Shown here: piece after piece, positions 55,770-64,000 of the stretch
How positions within the stretch are numbered: the first letter of the stretch is position 1
Layout: each line of letters opens with the position of its first letter
Assembly (NCBI GenBank): GCA_017521325.1
Contig: JAFXCV010000061.1
Location: 8,332 to 72,331, forward strand
Reading direction: 5' to 3'
Source: Oscillospiraceae bacterium
Lineage (GTDB): Bacteria > Bacillota > Clostridia > Oscillospirales > Ruminococcaceae
DNA length: 64,000 nucleotides
The notes under the pieces: model-generated
Database searches by the model: none
What the model was told of the DNA's origin: nothing
What the model saw: the letters and a program-made list of their open reading frames with translations, nothing else
Program-made: the position numbers and the translations under genes

Positions 55770-56747
55770 ATGGAACGTAAGGGTAATCTGATGACCTACA
55801 GACCTGATATCAAGGTCTTTGACGCAACCATCCGTGACGGCGGGCTGGTGAATAACTTCCGTTTTTCGGATGAATTTATCAAGGCGCTGTATCTGACAAA
55901 CCTCAGAGCCGGTGTTGACTATATGGAATTCGGTTACAAGTCCTCCAAGGATCTTTTTAAGGTGGAGGATTTCGGCGACTGGAAATTCTGCGATGAAGAG
56001 GCACTCCGCCGCATTGTCGGCAACAATGAAACGGATATGAAGATCGCTGTTATGGCGGATGTCGGACGCTGCGATCTGAAGCGTGATCTGCTGCCAAAGG
56101 AAGAGAGCGTCATCGACATGGTACGCATTGCAACCTACATCCATACAATGCCTGCGGCAATTGAGATGATTGAATACTGTCATTCTCTCGGCTACGAAAC
56201 CACCTGCAATATCATGGCAGTATCGAAGGCAAACACAGCGGATATTGAAATCGGTCTGGAAATGCTGTGCAATTCCCCCGTTGATGTCATTTATCTGGTG
56301 GACAGCTACGGTTCACTGTTCCCCGAACAGATCCAGCGGCTGACCAAGCAGTATCTGGAATTCGCAGAGGAGCGTGGCAAGAAGATTGGCATTCATGCGC
56401 ACAACAATCAGCAGCTTGCCTTTGCAAACACGATCGAGGCATGCTCGATGGGCGCAAGCTTCCTCGATGCGACCATCGGCAGCATGGGCAGAGGTGCAGG
56501 CAACTGTGCAATGGAACTGCTGCTGGGATTTCTGAAGAATCCGAAATACAACATCACCCCTGTGCTGAAGTTCTACGAGAATCACATTCTCAAGCTGCGT
56601 GAGCAGGGCATTACATGGGGCTACGATATCCAGTACCTTTTGACGGGTAAAATGAATCTGCACCCGTCCTCTGCGATCACCTTCACCAAGGAAAAGCGTA
56701 CCGATTACGCAGAATTCTACCACTGCATTTTTGATATGGAAGCATAA
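55770..56747 (+). CDS. HMGL-like (DRE-TIM) aldolase / pyruvate carboxyltransferase family protein
   Basis: VFDATIRDGG motif with later His-x-His (GIHAHNN); 325 aa. Confidence 0.75.
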   Translation: MERKGNLMTYRPDIKVFDATIRDGGLVNNFRFSDEFIKALYLTNLRAGVDYMEFGYKSSKDLFKVEDFGDWKFCDEEALRRIVGNNETDMKIAVMADVGRCDLKRDLLPKEESVIDMVRIATYIHTMPAAIEMIEYCHSLGYETTCNIMAVSKANTADIEIGLEMLCNSPVDVIYLVDSYGSLFPEQIQRLTKQYLEFAEERGKKIGIHAHNNQQLAFANTIEACSMGASFLDATIGSMGRGAGNCAMELLLGFLKNPKYNITPVLKFYENHILKLREQGITWGYDIQYLLTGKMNLHPSSAITFTKEKRTDYAEFYHCIFDMEA

Positions 56748-56756
56748 GTATATAAG

Positions 56757-56790
56757 AGCGCCCCACCTGCACGGTGGGACGCTTTTTTTA
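56757..56790 (+). terminator. Intrinsic terminator
   Basis: AGCGCCCCACC-tgcac-GGTGGGACGCT plus TTTTTTT. Confidence 0.85.
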
Positions 56791-56795
56791 TACAA

Positions 56796-56955
56796 ATCCC
56801 CTTAACTCGAATAGACAAAAAGTCTATTCGAGTTTAGCCGCCGGAGGCGGCGTAGGGGATTGCATGAGACGAGATTTGAACGTTTTGCGTTCAAATCAGC
56901 GGATGACGTAGTCAGCCGCCCCACCCCCCAATTGTCTATTGGGGGGTGGGGATTA
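56796..56955. repeat. GC-rich multi-hairpin intergenic element (copy E5)
   Basis: Consecutive hairpins: CTCGAATAGAC..GTCTATTCGAG, GCCGCC..GGCGGC, GATTTGAACG..CGTTCAAATC and CCCCACCCCCC..GGGGGGTGGGG. It shares the gccccacccc motif with the other copies. Confidence 0.6.
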
Positions 56956-56958
56956 GTA

Positions 56959-57684
56959 TTACAGCGTATAGCCCTTTGCCCTGAGATTGTCAATCAGCTC
57001 ACCCAGAATCTGCGCATTGGTGGAGGACACCGAATGCAGCAGCAGAATCTCACCGCCATGGGCGGCATCCGTCAGCTTCTGCAAAGACTGCGCAGGATCG
57101 GGCTGTTTGTTCGTCAGCCAGTCCACATGCGCACAGCTCCAGAACAGCGTTTTGTAGCCGAGTGACTGTGCAATCTTCAGCGTATCCTCCGAAAACTCAC
57201 CGCAGGGGCAGCGGAAATACTGCATCGTATAGCCATATTTCTGAATGACAAACTCATGCAGCGAGGAGATTTCCTCCCTTGCTGCCGCCTCGTCAAGCGT
57301 CGGCAGCGACGCATGCGTCATGCCGTGATTGCCGATCATATGCCCCTCTTTGATCATCCGTTCCACAAGGGCGGTTTCTTTTTTGGCATAATCCCCCGTG
57401 AGAAAGAAAATCGCTGTCACGTTCTTTTCTGCCAGCACATCCAGAATATCATCCGTGTAGCCGTTTTCATAGCCCTGATCGAACGTCAGGATAATCCGTG
57501 TTTCATCCGGTGCGATCGCATACGCATTATACTTTCCGAACTGCGCATTGAATTCCAGCGCACCCGTCGGGCGGTTGTCTGCGTCCACCTGTGTTCCCTG
57601 TCCGTAGCCCATGCCGCCGGATGCAGAAACGGGCATTCCCGTCATCATGATGCATCCGAGCAGCAATGCTGTGATCCATTTCAT
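56959..57684 (-). CDS. pdaA: Polysaccharide deacetylase (CE4), PdaA-like delta-lactam-biosynthetic de-N-acetylase
   Basis: LTFDQGYENGYTDDILDVL...FFLTGDY...GHMIGNHGMTH parallels B. subtilis PdaA. Signal peptide MKWITALLLGCIMMTGMPVSA. RBS GAGGGA. Confidence 0.8.
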   Translation of the reverse strand: MKWITALLLGCIMMTGMPVSASGGMGYGQGTQVDADNRPTGALEFNAQFGKYNAYAIAPDETRIILTFDQGYENGYTDDILDVLAEKNVTAIFFLTGDYAKKETALVERMIKEGHMIGNHGMTHASLPTLDEAAAREEISSLHEFVIQKYGYTMQYFRCPCGEFSEDTLKIAQSLGYKTLFWSCAHVDWLTNKQPDPAQSLQKLTDAAHGGEILLLHSVSSTNAQILGELIDNLRAKGYTL

Positions 57685-57769
57685 ACGATCCCTCATTTCT
57701 GCGGCAGCTGCCGCAGAAATAGTATGCGTTCGGGCGGACATCCTATGCGTGGGAGTTCTTTCTGCATAT

Positions 57770-57801
57770 GCAAAATGCCCGTATCTCACCGATACGGGCA
57801 T
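57770..57801 (-). terminator. Intrinsic terminator after the ireB-like gene
   Basis: On the minus strand, ATGCCCGTATC-ggtga-GATACGGGCAT plus TTTT. Confidence 0.75.
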
Positions 57802-57813
57802 CCATGTCGAAAA

Positions 57814-58059
57814 TCAATGGTTCAGGTAATTCTTCACCAGCACCTGCAGCAGTTCATCTCTGTCGATGTGACGGATGAGATTGCGTGCGTTGTTGTGCGT
57901 GGTTATGTATGTCGGATCTTCGGACAAAATATAACCAACAATCTGATTGATCGGATTATAGCCTTTTTGCACAAGAGCATCATAAATGATGGTAAGGCTG
58001 CGCTTGAGCTCAATTTCACGTTCCTCATTCACCGAAAATTTCATTGTTTTATCAAACAT
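57814..58059 (-). CDS. IreB-family regulatory phosphoprotein (UPF0297)
   Basis: IYDALVQKGYNPINQIVGYILSEDPTYITTHNNARNLIRHIDRDELL is the family hallmark; 81 aa. Confidence 0.85.
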   Translation of the reverse strand: MFDKTMKFSVNEEREIELKRSLTIIYDALVQKGYNPINQIVGYILSEDPTYITTHNNARNLIRHIDRDELLQVLVKNYLNH

Positions 58060-58233
58060 GATGCTTCCCCCTTCTCAGAAAAAATTAACCACTTATATTA
58101 TACCTTATTTTTGCTCATATCTCAATAGTTTATGACGGATTTCTATTTGGTTTCTACGTTTTGCAGGATTTTTTACGCATTTTTTGTGCATTTTGCTCAA
58201 TGCCGCAGGGGCGCTGCCCCTGCGGCTTCGCAC

Positions 58234-58425
58234 TTAACCGCAGTTAGAGCAGCTTCTCTTGACAAAGGAGTCACACTCGGTACATTCCGGCACTGTCGGA
58301 TTTGCCTCGTGTGTGCCGACCTTGATGCTGTCAAGGCTGCAGTAGTCCTCGGTCTCCATGTTGAACTTGCACTGGGAAACGGTGCAGTGGATGTTGGAAT
58401 TCTTCTTCATCTGGTTCATCATCAT
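58234..58425 (-). CDS. DUF1540-domain small Cys-rich protein
   Basis: IHCTVSQCKFNMETEDYCSLDSIKVG...CTECDSF pattern; 63 aa from ATG 58425. Confidence 0.7.
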   Translation of the reverse strand: MMMNQMKKNSNIHCTVSQCKFNMETEDYCSLDSIKVGTHEANPTVPECTECDSFVKRSCSNCG

Positions 58426-58557
58426 GAATCCTTCTTTCTGTGAAATTCTGCCCTGTCGGACAATGCTATTATGTACTCCGATCACAGAAATATTCACAGC
58501 CGCCGCAAAAAGGCAGCATATCCCCAAAGGAGATATGCTGTCAGAAAATGTCAAATT

Positions 58558-58785
58558 TTACTTTTTGCCGAACAGACCGCCCAGACCGCTGAGTGCGTCG
58601 CCGATATTGTCCAGCTTGATCTTTGCCTTGATGCCATCCACGATACCTTCAATCTGGTCGTTGGGCAGATCCACGCCGAGCAGGGATTCCACCGCTGCAA
58701 CAGGATCACTCTGGAACTTTGCCTGCAGATCCTTATCACTCTTGATCTTTTCGGTCAGCTCTTCGATTTTTGCTTTAATATCCAT
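58558..58785 (-). CDS. Small hypothetical protein (75 aa), helical, Gly-rich C-terminus
   Basis: MDIKAKIEELTEKIKSDKDLQAKFQSDP...LSGLGGLFGKK with a GGAAGGA RBS upstream. Confidence 0.5.
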   Translation of the reverse strand: MDIKAKIEELTEKIKSDKDLQAKFQSDPVAAVESLLGVDLPNDQIEGIVDGIKAKIKLDNIGDALSGLGGLFGKK

Positions 58786-58878
58786 GTTTAACACCTGTCC
58801 TTCCTGATTTTGGGGAGAATCCCCCTTTCCTTCAGTATACCATAAAACTTCTGAAATTGCAATAGATTCCGCAGAAAA

Positions 58879-59337
58879 TCATCCGTCAGCCCGATCCTCA
58901 AACCCATAGGCGGAAAGCTCATACAGACAGTGCGCCAGAATGCTTGCAGGAGAATAATCACGCAGGACGTAAGGCGCAACGCCAAGCCCCAGAAACTCCC
59001 CATAGGTGGCGGATGCGATGGAATATACGGTTTCCTCATCGGGATTATAGGCGCTGACATCGAACATCAGCTCGCTGTCGTCCTCGTCGAATTCCTCCGC
59101 ACGGACATCCTCCTCCTCGTCCTCCATGAATGCATTGATCTGCACGAACATGGTTTTTTCGGAAATTTCCGGCGTTGCTGCACCAAGCGCTTCATAAAGC
59201 CTGCGGTATTTGTCAAGCTCCCTTGCGCCGTAGTGAATGCGGATTTTCTGCTCCACGTCAGCGAATGTACACTTCTGCACAAGATCGGAAAGTCTTGTCA
59301 CGGCATTGGTGTTGACGGACTGTGTGATTTCGGGCAT
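58879..59337 (-). CDS. Hypothetical acidic cytoplasmic protein (152 aa)
   Basis: ATG 59337 with a GGGAGGAAG RBS. I recognise no motif. Confidence 0.55.
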   Translation of the reverse strand: MPEITQSVNTNAVTRLSDLVQKCTFADVEQKIRIHYGARELDKYRRLYEALGAATPEISEKTMFVQINAFMEDEEEDVRAEEFDEDDSELMFDVSAYNPDEETVYSIASATYGEFLGLGVAPYVLRDYSPASILAHCLYELSAYGFEDRADG

Positions 59338-59564
59338 AATACTTCCTCCCAAACTTGATTTTACACTGATTATAGCACATATTTGTGTATTTTGTCAATT
59401 GTAAACATGCAGCAAAAAAACTTTTTTCCATGTGTTCTAAAATTCGAAAAAGCTATTGAAAAAGCTGTGGGTTTGTGATATGATAATATATATTAAAAAT
59501 ATCTCGTCAGAGCGACGGCATTTCGCCGCACGCTGATGCGTATTCATCTGGAGGAGAGTGTAAT

Positions 59565-60563
59565 ATGACAAATGTAAGACCGGAATCCATGGCAAGAATC
59601 ACCACCCCTGAGCTTGCACAGGCATTCATTGCAGAGCAGATTGCAGAGGTTCGTGCACAGGTTGGCGACAAGAAGGTACTGCTGGCACTGTCCGGCGGCG
59701 TAGACAGTTCCGTTGTGGCTGCACTTCTGATCAAGGCAATCGGCAAGCAGCTGGTATGCGTGCATGTCAATCATGGTCTGATGCGCAAGGGCGAGAGCGA
59801 ACAGGTTATTGAAGTATTCCAGAATCAGCTGGATGCAAACCTGATCTATGTTGACGCTACCGATCGTTTCCTTGATCTTCTGGCAGGTGTCGCAGATCCC
59901 GAAGAAAAGCGCAAGATCATCGGCGGCGAATTTATCAAGGTATTTGACGAGGAGGCTGCAAAGCTTGAGGGCATTTCCTTCCTTGCACAGGGTACGATTT
60001 ATCCCGACATTCTGGAATCCATCAAGGCAAAGGAAAGCGGAAAGCCCGTGAAATCTCATCACAATGTTGGCGGACTTCCCGAGGATATGACGTTTGAGCT
60101 GGTTGAGCCCGTCAAGTTCCTCTTTAAGGATGAGGTTCGTGTAGTCGGTAAGGAACTGGGTCTGCCGTCCTCGATGGTGGATCGTCAGCCGTTCCCCGGC
60201 CCCGGTCTTGGCGTACGCTGTCTGGGTGCAATCACCCGTGACCGTCTGCATGCGCTGCGTGAGGCAGATGCAATCCTGCGTGAGGAATTCGTCAATGCAG
60301 GTCTGAACAAAACCGTATGGCAGTATTTCATTGCAATTCCGGATATCAAGAGCGTTGGTGTCAGAAATGAACTGCGTTACATGGGCTGGCCTGCAATCAT
60401 CCGTGCAGTGAATACCACTGACGCAATGAGCGCAACGATCGAGGAGATCCCGTATGCAGTTCTGAACAAGATCACAGCTCGTATTACCGCAGAGGTGGAA
60501 GGCATCAACAGAGTGCTGTACGATCTGACTCCCAAGCCTGTGGGAACAATTGAGTGGGAATAA
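59565..60563 (+). CDS. guaA: GMP synthase ATP-pyrophosphatase/dimerisation subunit only (no glutamine amidotransferase domain)
   Basis: PP-loop LALSGGVDSSV, DPEEKRKIIGGEFI and the C-terminal ...GTIEWE ending typical of GuaA. 332 aa, with its own promoter (TTGAAA-17-TATGAT, 59456-59484) and RBS GGAGGAG. Confidence 0.88.
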   Translation: MTNVRPESMARITTPELAQAFIAEQIAEVRAQVGDKKVLLALSGGVDSSVVAALLIKAIGKQLVCVHVNHGLMRKGESEQVIEVFQNQLDANLIYVDATDRFLDLLAGVADPEEKRKIIGGEFIKVFDEEAAKLEGISFLAQGTIYPDILESIKAKESGKPVKSHHNVGGLPEDMTFELVEPVKFLFKDEVRVVGKELGLPSSMVDRQPFPGPGLGVRCLGAITRDRLHALREADAILREEFVNAGLNKTVWQYFIAIPDIKSVGVRNELRYMGWPAIIRAVNTTDAMSATIEEIPYAVLNKITARITAEVEGINRVLYDLTPKPVGTIEWE

Positions 60564-60619
60564 TCCCTTTGCTGATTCGTTTACTCTAAATTTTATATAT
60601 ACGAAAGGAAGTTATCACT

Positions 60620-61303
60620 ATGGAAAAGATTTACACCGGTAAGACAAAGGACGTTTACAAGCTGGAGAACGGCAATGTAATGCTCAAGTTCAAGGACGAC
60701 TGCACCGGCAAGGACGGCGTATTTGATCCGGGCGAGAACTCCGTTGGTCTGACAATCGACGGCATCGGCAAGGCAAATCTCCAGACATCCGTTTACTATT
60801 TTGAAAAACTCAAGGAAGCAGGCATCAAGACTCACTATGTAGGTGCTGATATTGAGAATGCAACCATGGAGGTTCTCCCGGCAACCGTATTTGGTCACGG
60901 TCTGGAAGTTATCTGCCGTCTGGTAGCAACAGGCAGCTTCATCAGAAGATACGGCGAATACATGGCTGACGGCACAGTGATCGAGGGCGGCTATGTAGAA
61001 TGCACCTTCAAGAACGACGAGAAGGGCGATCCGCTGGTAACAAGCGAGGGTCTGGCAGTTCTGGGCGTTATGAGCCAGGAAATGTTCAACAGCATGAAGG
61101 AGCAGACACTGAAGATCACAAAGATCGTTGCTGACGATCTCAAGACTCTGGGTCTGGATCTCTGGGATATCAAGTTCGAGTTCGGCTACAACAACGGCGA
61201 GGTAATCCTCATTGATGAGATCGCTTCCGGCAACATGCGTGTTTACAAGGACGGCGTGATCGTAGATCCCGTTGAGCTGACAAAGATGATCAACAACAGA
61301 TAA
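60620..61303 (+). CDS. purC: Phosphoribosylaminoimidazole-succinocarboxamide (SAICAR) synthase
   Basis: [13 protein letters not shown]... and LIDEI..GNMRV are typical of short PurC; 227 aa. Confidence 0.93.
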   Translation: MEKIYTGKTKDVYKLENGNVMLKFKDDCTGKDGVFDPGENSVGLTIDGIGKANLQTSVYYFEKLKEAGIKTHYVGADIENATMEVLPATVFGHGLEVICRLVATGSFIRRYGEYMADGTVIEGGYVECTFKNDEKGDPLVTSEGLAVLGVMSQEMFNSMKEQTLKITKIVADDLKTLGLDLWDIKFEFGYNNGEVILIDEIASGNMRVYKDGVIVDPVELTKMINNR

Positions 61304-61460
61304 GCGAGCCCCAAAATAACGCTGCTGCAGCAGTGTTTAAGTCTGTCGAAAAACTATGATTTTTCTTGCGTTTTTCTCCCACCGCAGGTGGGGGAAAAGC
61401 GCATAAATATGTTATTCCAGCCCGCCTGCGGCGGGCTGGAATAACATGAAACGCACTTTA

Positions 61461-61491
61461 AAGAACGCTGCTGCGGCAGCGTTCTTTTTTT
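61461..61491. terminator. Bidirectional intrinsic terminator
   Basis: AAGAACGCTGC-tgcg-GCAGCGTTCTT plus TTTTTT between convergent genes. Confidence 0.85.
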
Positions 61492-61495
61492 GCAA

Positions 61496-62479
61496 TTATC
61501 CGAGAAATTCCAACAGTGTCTTCATAAATACCTCCGGCTGGTCAAAGAAGCAGCTATGCCCTGCCTGCGGAATGACTGCAATCTGTTTCCTCGGTGCGGA
61601 AATTTCATCAAAACACGCCTGTACCAATTCCGACGGGCAGACAGATTCTTCCTCACCGAATACGAACAGCAGCGGCACTCCGAAATTCAGATCTTCCCGA
61701 AAATCATACGCCAGCATGGTCACAAACGCCTGCTTCTGCATTGCTGGATTTCCCACCAGGGAAGCGTACTTTTCTTTCAGATTCAGAAACGGGGATTTCA
61801 GAATTTTGCCAAGCGGTACACGTTTCACATGCTTCATGATATATTTTGCCGAAAGCGGCATAAAATGCCGCATACATTGCGTCAGTTCCTTGTTCCAGAC
61901 GGGATGCTCAGGAAAATCCGCCATCAGCTTTTCGATTTTCGCTGCATCTGCACTCCCCTGCGGCATCAGCCGAAGCAGCTTTTCACAGGTGCAGAAAACG
62001 CCGTCCCGATAATTGACAAGCTGCCCGATGCCGATATAGCACAGCAGATTTTCGGGATGCCGCTTTGCATATTCCGCACCAATGGCACTGCCCCACGAAA
62101 ATCCCATCAGGATAAGCTTATCAAAGTCCAGAACCGTGTGCAGATAGGCGATGACCTCATGAATATCCTGCACAAAATCATCCATTGTCCCCGTTTTTGC
62201 GATCTCCTTTGCCCGTGCCTTGTTTGCAAGATAAGTCTTACAGGCATTTCTCTGATCCCAGTGGACAACCGTGAAATGCTCCTCCCAGCCTGTCTGCAGG
62301 ATATGGCAGAAGCCTGCAAGCGAACCGCCCGGACCTCCGTGCAGAAACAGCAGCAGCGGATTGCGCTTGTCCGTCCCCCGAATCTGGATGTACTGGCGGA
62401 TACCCCCGATCATCGGAGTTTCATAATGATAAATGCCGTTCGGATTGTCAGGATATACGATTTTACTTTTCCTGTTCAT
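61496..62479 (-). CDS. Alpha/beta hydrolase (proline-iminopeptidase-like)
   Basis: ATG 62479 (RBS AAAGGAGA). HGGPGG oxyanion motif and GFSWGS nucleophile elbow. Confidence 0.8.
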   Translation of the reverse strand: MNRKSKIVYPDNPNGIYHYETPMIGGIRQYIQIRGTDKRNPLLLFLHGGPGGSLAGFCHILQTGWEEHFTVVHWDQRNACKTYLANKARAKEIAKTGTMDDFVQDIHEVIAYLHTVLDFDKLILMGFSWGSAIGAEYAKRHPENLLCYIGIGQLVNYRDGVFCTCEKLLRLMPQGSADAAKIEKLMADFPEHPVWNKELTQCMRHFMPLSAKYIMKHVKRVPLGKILKSPFLNLKEKYASLVGNPAMQKQAFVTMLAYDFREDLNFGVPLLFVFGEEESVCPSELVQACFDEISAPRKQIAVIPQAGHSCFFDQPEVFMKTLLEFLG

Positions 62480-62993
62480 TGGTTTCTCCTTTCGGTGCGG
62501 ACAGCAAAAACAGATTCCGCAGCTTTGCGCCCTCTTTTCCTTGTGCCGTCTGATAGCTTTCTGTGATGGCAGAGATTTTGCGGAGCATCTCCGAAAAATC
62601 CTCATCGGTAAGACAGATGCTGTAATTGCTCAGAAACAGTCTGTCACGGTTGACATCCACATCATCGCCTGCAAAATAATCCTCATACAGCCCCATGATC
62701 CGCAGCAGAGTGTGCATCACGAGTTCCCGGCATTCCTCTTCCGTTCCGGGATCGGAAATCCACATGCGCCTTACTTCATACACATGCTCCGTCTGTCCAC
62801 GCACCTTGCGGCTTTCGGCAATGCCGATCGCCCCTGCTTCCAGCATTTTTTCAAGCCTGCGGTAGACCGTCGCACGGGAAAGCTGCGGATTTTCCGCAAG
62901 AATCTGCGCCGTTGTCATCTTTTTACGCACTCGCAGTGTCTGTAATATCTTGTTCGATATAGGATCCGTCAACACCTTGAGCAGCTGTTCCAT
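62463..62993 (-). CDS. ArsR-like winged-helix transcriptional regulator
   Basis: ATG 62993 (RBS GAGGTGG). ISNKILQTLRVRKKMTTAQILAENPQLSRATVYRRLEKMLEAG. It overlaps the downstream hydrolase start by 17 nt. Confidence 0.75.
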   Translation of the reverse strand: MEQLLKVLTDPISNKILQTLRVRKKMTTAQILAENPQLSRATVYRRLEKMLEAGAIGIAESRKVRGQTEHVYEVRRMWISDPGTEEECRELVMHTLLRIMGLYEDYFAGDDVDVNRDRLFLSNYSICLTDEDFSEMLRKISAITESYQTAQGKEGAKLRNLFLLSAPKGETNEQEK

Positions 62994-63075
62994 ATCACAC
63001 CACCTCACTAATCTCAATTTGTGATATTAGTATACCATAGAACTCCGTGAATGTCAAGGGGCTATGCAGCTTCCC

Positions 63076-63104
63076 TTGACAAAAAATGACACACATGCTA
63101 TAAT
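63076..63104 (+). promoter_or_regulatory. Consensus promoter (TTGACA-17-TATAAT, TGc extended -10)
   Basis: Hexamers at 63076-63081 and 63099-63104. Confidence 0.6.
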
Positions 63105-63139
63105 TATTACAGTAATTTTTTAACGAAAGCAGGGATAAA

Positions 63140-64000
63140 ATGGAAGTTTTTGAAAATCTTGTAGCGTCGGTCAGCGACGTGCTTTACAGCAAAATTCTGC
63201 TCATCATTCTGGTCGCAGCAGGCTTGTATTTTTCCATCCGCACGGGCTTTGCGCAGTTTCGTCTGTTTGGAGCGCAGCTGCGTGCCGTGATGGAAAAACC
63301 GCAGGACGGCAAGGGCGTATCCTCGTTTCAGGCGCTGATGGTATCGACCGCATCCCGTGTGGGAACAGGAAACATCGTGGGCGTATCGACTGCCCTGTGC
63401 CTCGGAGGCTTCGGCTCGGTGTTCTGGATGTGGGTGATTGCCCTTATTGGCAGCGCATCGGCATTTGTCGAAAGTACCCTTGCGCAGATCTACAAAAAGC
63501 GTGGCCCTAACGGCAGCTACGGCGGCCCTGCCTACTACATTGAATCGGCACTGCGCTGCCGCCCGCTTGCAATCGTATTCTCCGTATTTCTGATTCTGAC
63601 TTACGGCTTCGGCTTCAATATGCTGGCGTCCTATAACCTGCAGTCCACATTTTCCGCTTACAGCTTCTACGATGAAAAAACTTCGCCGTGGATCATCGGT
63701 CTGATTCTTGCAGTTATCGTTGCCTACTGTCTGCTCGGCGGCGGTTCCCGTATCATCAAGACTACAAGCTTCCTTGTGCCGATCATGGGACTTGCCTATA
63801 TTCTGGTGGCACTTCTGATCGTGATTCTGAACATTACAAGCCTGCCCTCCGTATTTGCGGCGATTTTCAGTCAGGCTTTTGATTTCGAGGCGATTTTCGG
63901 CGGATTCAGCGGCTCCTGCGTGATGTACGGCATCAAGCGTGGTCTGTTCAGCAACGAAGCAGGCGTCGGCTCTGCGCCGAATGCGTCCGCATCCGCAGAA
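63140..64000 (+). CDS. Alanine/glycine:cation symporter (AGCS family), partial; continues beyond the right edge
   Basis: Hand translation gives MEVFENLVASVSDVLYSKILLIILVAAGLYFSIRTGFAQFRLF...SSFQALMVSTASRVGTGNIVGV. The frame is open to position 64000. Confidence 0.9.
   Translation, partial: MEVFENLVASVSDVLYSKILLIILVAAGLYFSIRTGFAQFRLFGAQLRAVMEKPQDGKGVSSFQALMVSTASRVGTGNIVGVSTALCLGGFGSVFWMWVIALIGSASAFVESTLAQIYKKRGPNGSYGGPAYYIESALRCRPLAIVFSVFLILTYGFGFNMLASYNLQSTFSAYSFYDEKTSPWIIGLILAVIVAYCLLGGGSRIIKTTSFLVPIMGLAYILVALLIVILNITSLPSVFAAIFSQAFDFEAIFGGFSGSCVMYGIKRGLFSNEAGVGSAPNASASAE

Noticed and set aside
59485-59564. Purine/guanine riboswitch upstream of the guaA-like gene
   Set aside because: The three-way junction consensus (UAUAAU...CCGUAAAU...GACUAUG-type elements) is absent. 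There is only a single interrupted hairpin.
1-64000. tRNA, rRNA, tmRNA and other housekeeping RNA genes
   Set aside because: Scanning the intergenic regions by eye showed no cloverleaf-like or rRNA-like segment. This is not an exhaustive computational search; tRNAscan or Infernal would be decisive.

Overview
This 64-kb chromosomal window comes from a moderately GC-rich, spore-forming member of the Clostridia. By inference it is most consistent with a cellulosome-producing, Ruminococcus-like (Oscillospiraceae) organism. The supporting evidence is nine genes carrying dockerin and/or cohesin modules, plus rex, dpaAB and pdaA. I found no rRNA, tRNA or CRISPR array.

Gene content, left to right:
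- A type IV pilus assembly operon on the minus strand: pilC, a pilM-pilN fusion, a pilO-like gene, and a gene of more than 873 aa with a PilX-like N-terminus that runs off the left edge.
- A CoA-biosynthesis cluster: a panT-like ECF S-component, two tandem coaX paralogs and coaBC.
- Dockerin-bearing surface proteins flanking a T-box-controlled thrS.
- A YegP protein, an AraC regulator and an N-terminal-dockerin serpin.
- A 3.1-copy tandem array of a 152-bp hairpin-rich repeat.
- A MutS-related ATPase gene interrupted by one in-frame TAG.
- A GH31 glycosidase, a PH-domain protein, an FkbM methyltransferase and a UDP-sugar pyrophosphorylase.
- A PAS/degenerate-GGDEF/EAL protein, a hemolysin-III protein and pfkA.
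- An acn / icd / rex unit.
- An XDoc protein followed by a sortase-anchored cohesin (CttA/ScaE-like pair).
- htrA, a GtrB-like GT2, an SGNH-dockerin esterase and corA.
- A cohesin-dockerin adaptor and an LRR-Ig-dockerin protein.
- dpaAB, an SPFH protein with an RHH protein, an HMGL-like aldolase, pdaA, ireB and several small proteins.
- A stand-alone GMP synthase ATP-pyrophosphatase subunit, purC, an ArsR-like regulator with an alpha/beta hydrolase, and the start of an alanine:cation symporter.

The most unusual structures are non-genic:
1. Both intergenic regions flanking acn exist as two stacked, diverged 'allelic' copies. Each pair is joined head-to-tail by a novel junction of the form downstream-gene 5' end | upstream-gene 3' end.
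2. A 1.1-kb AT-rich segment bounded by 26-bp inverted repeats carries a membrane-anchored XRE regulator.
3. A Rex-box overlaps the acn -35 element, and an upstream dyad shows compensatory substitutions between the two promoter copies.
4. A modular GC-rich palindromic repeat family is dispersed through intergenic regions. One copy sits inside the thrS leader and another is triplicated in tandem.
5. The upstream coaX paralog is degenerate at its catalytic motifs.

All functional calls rest on my own reading of translated motifs. No database search was run.
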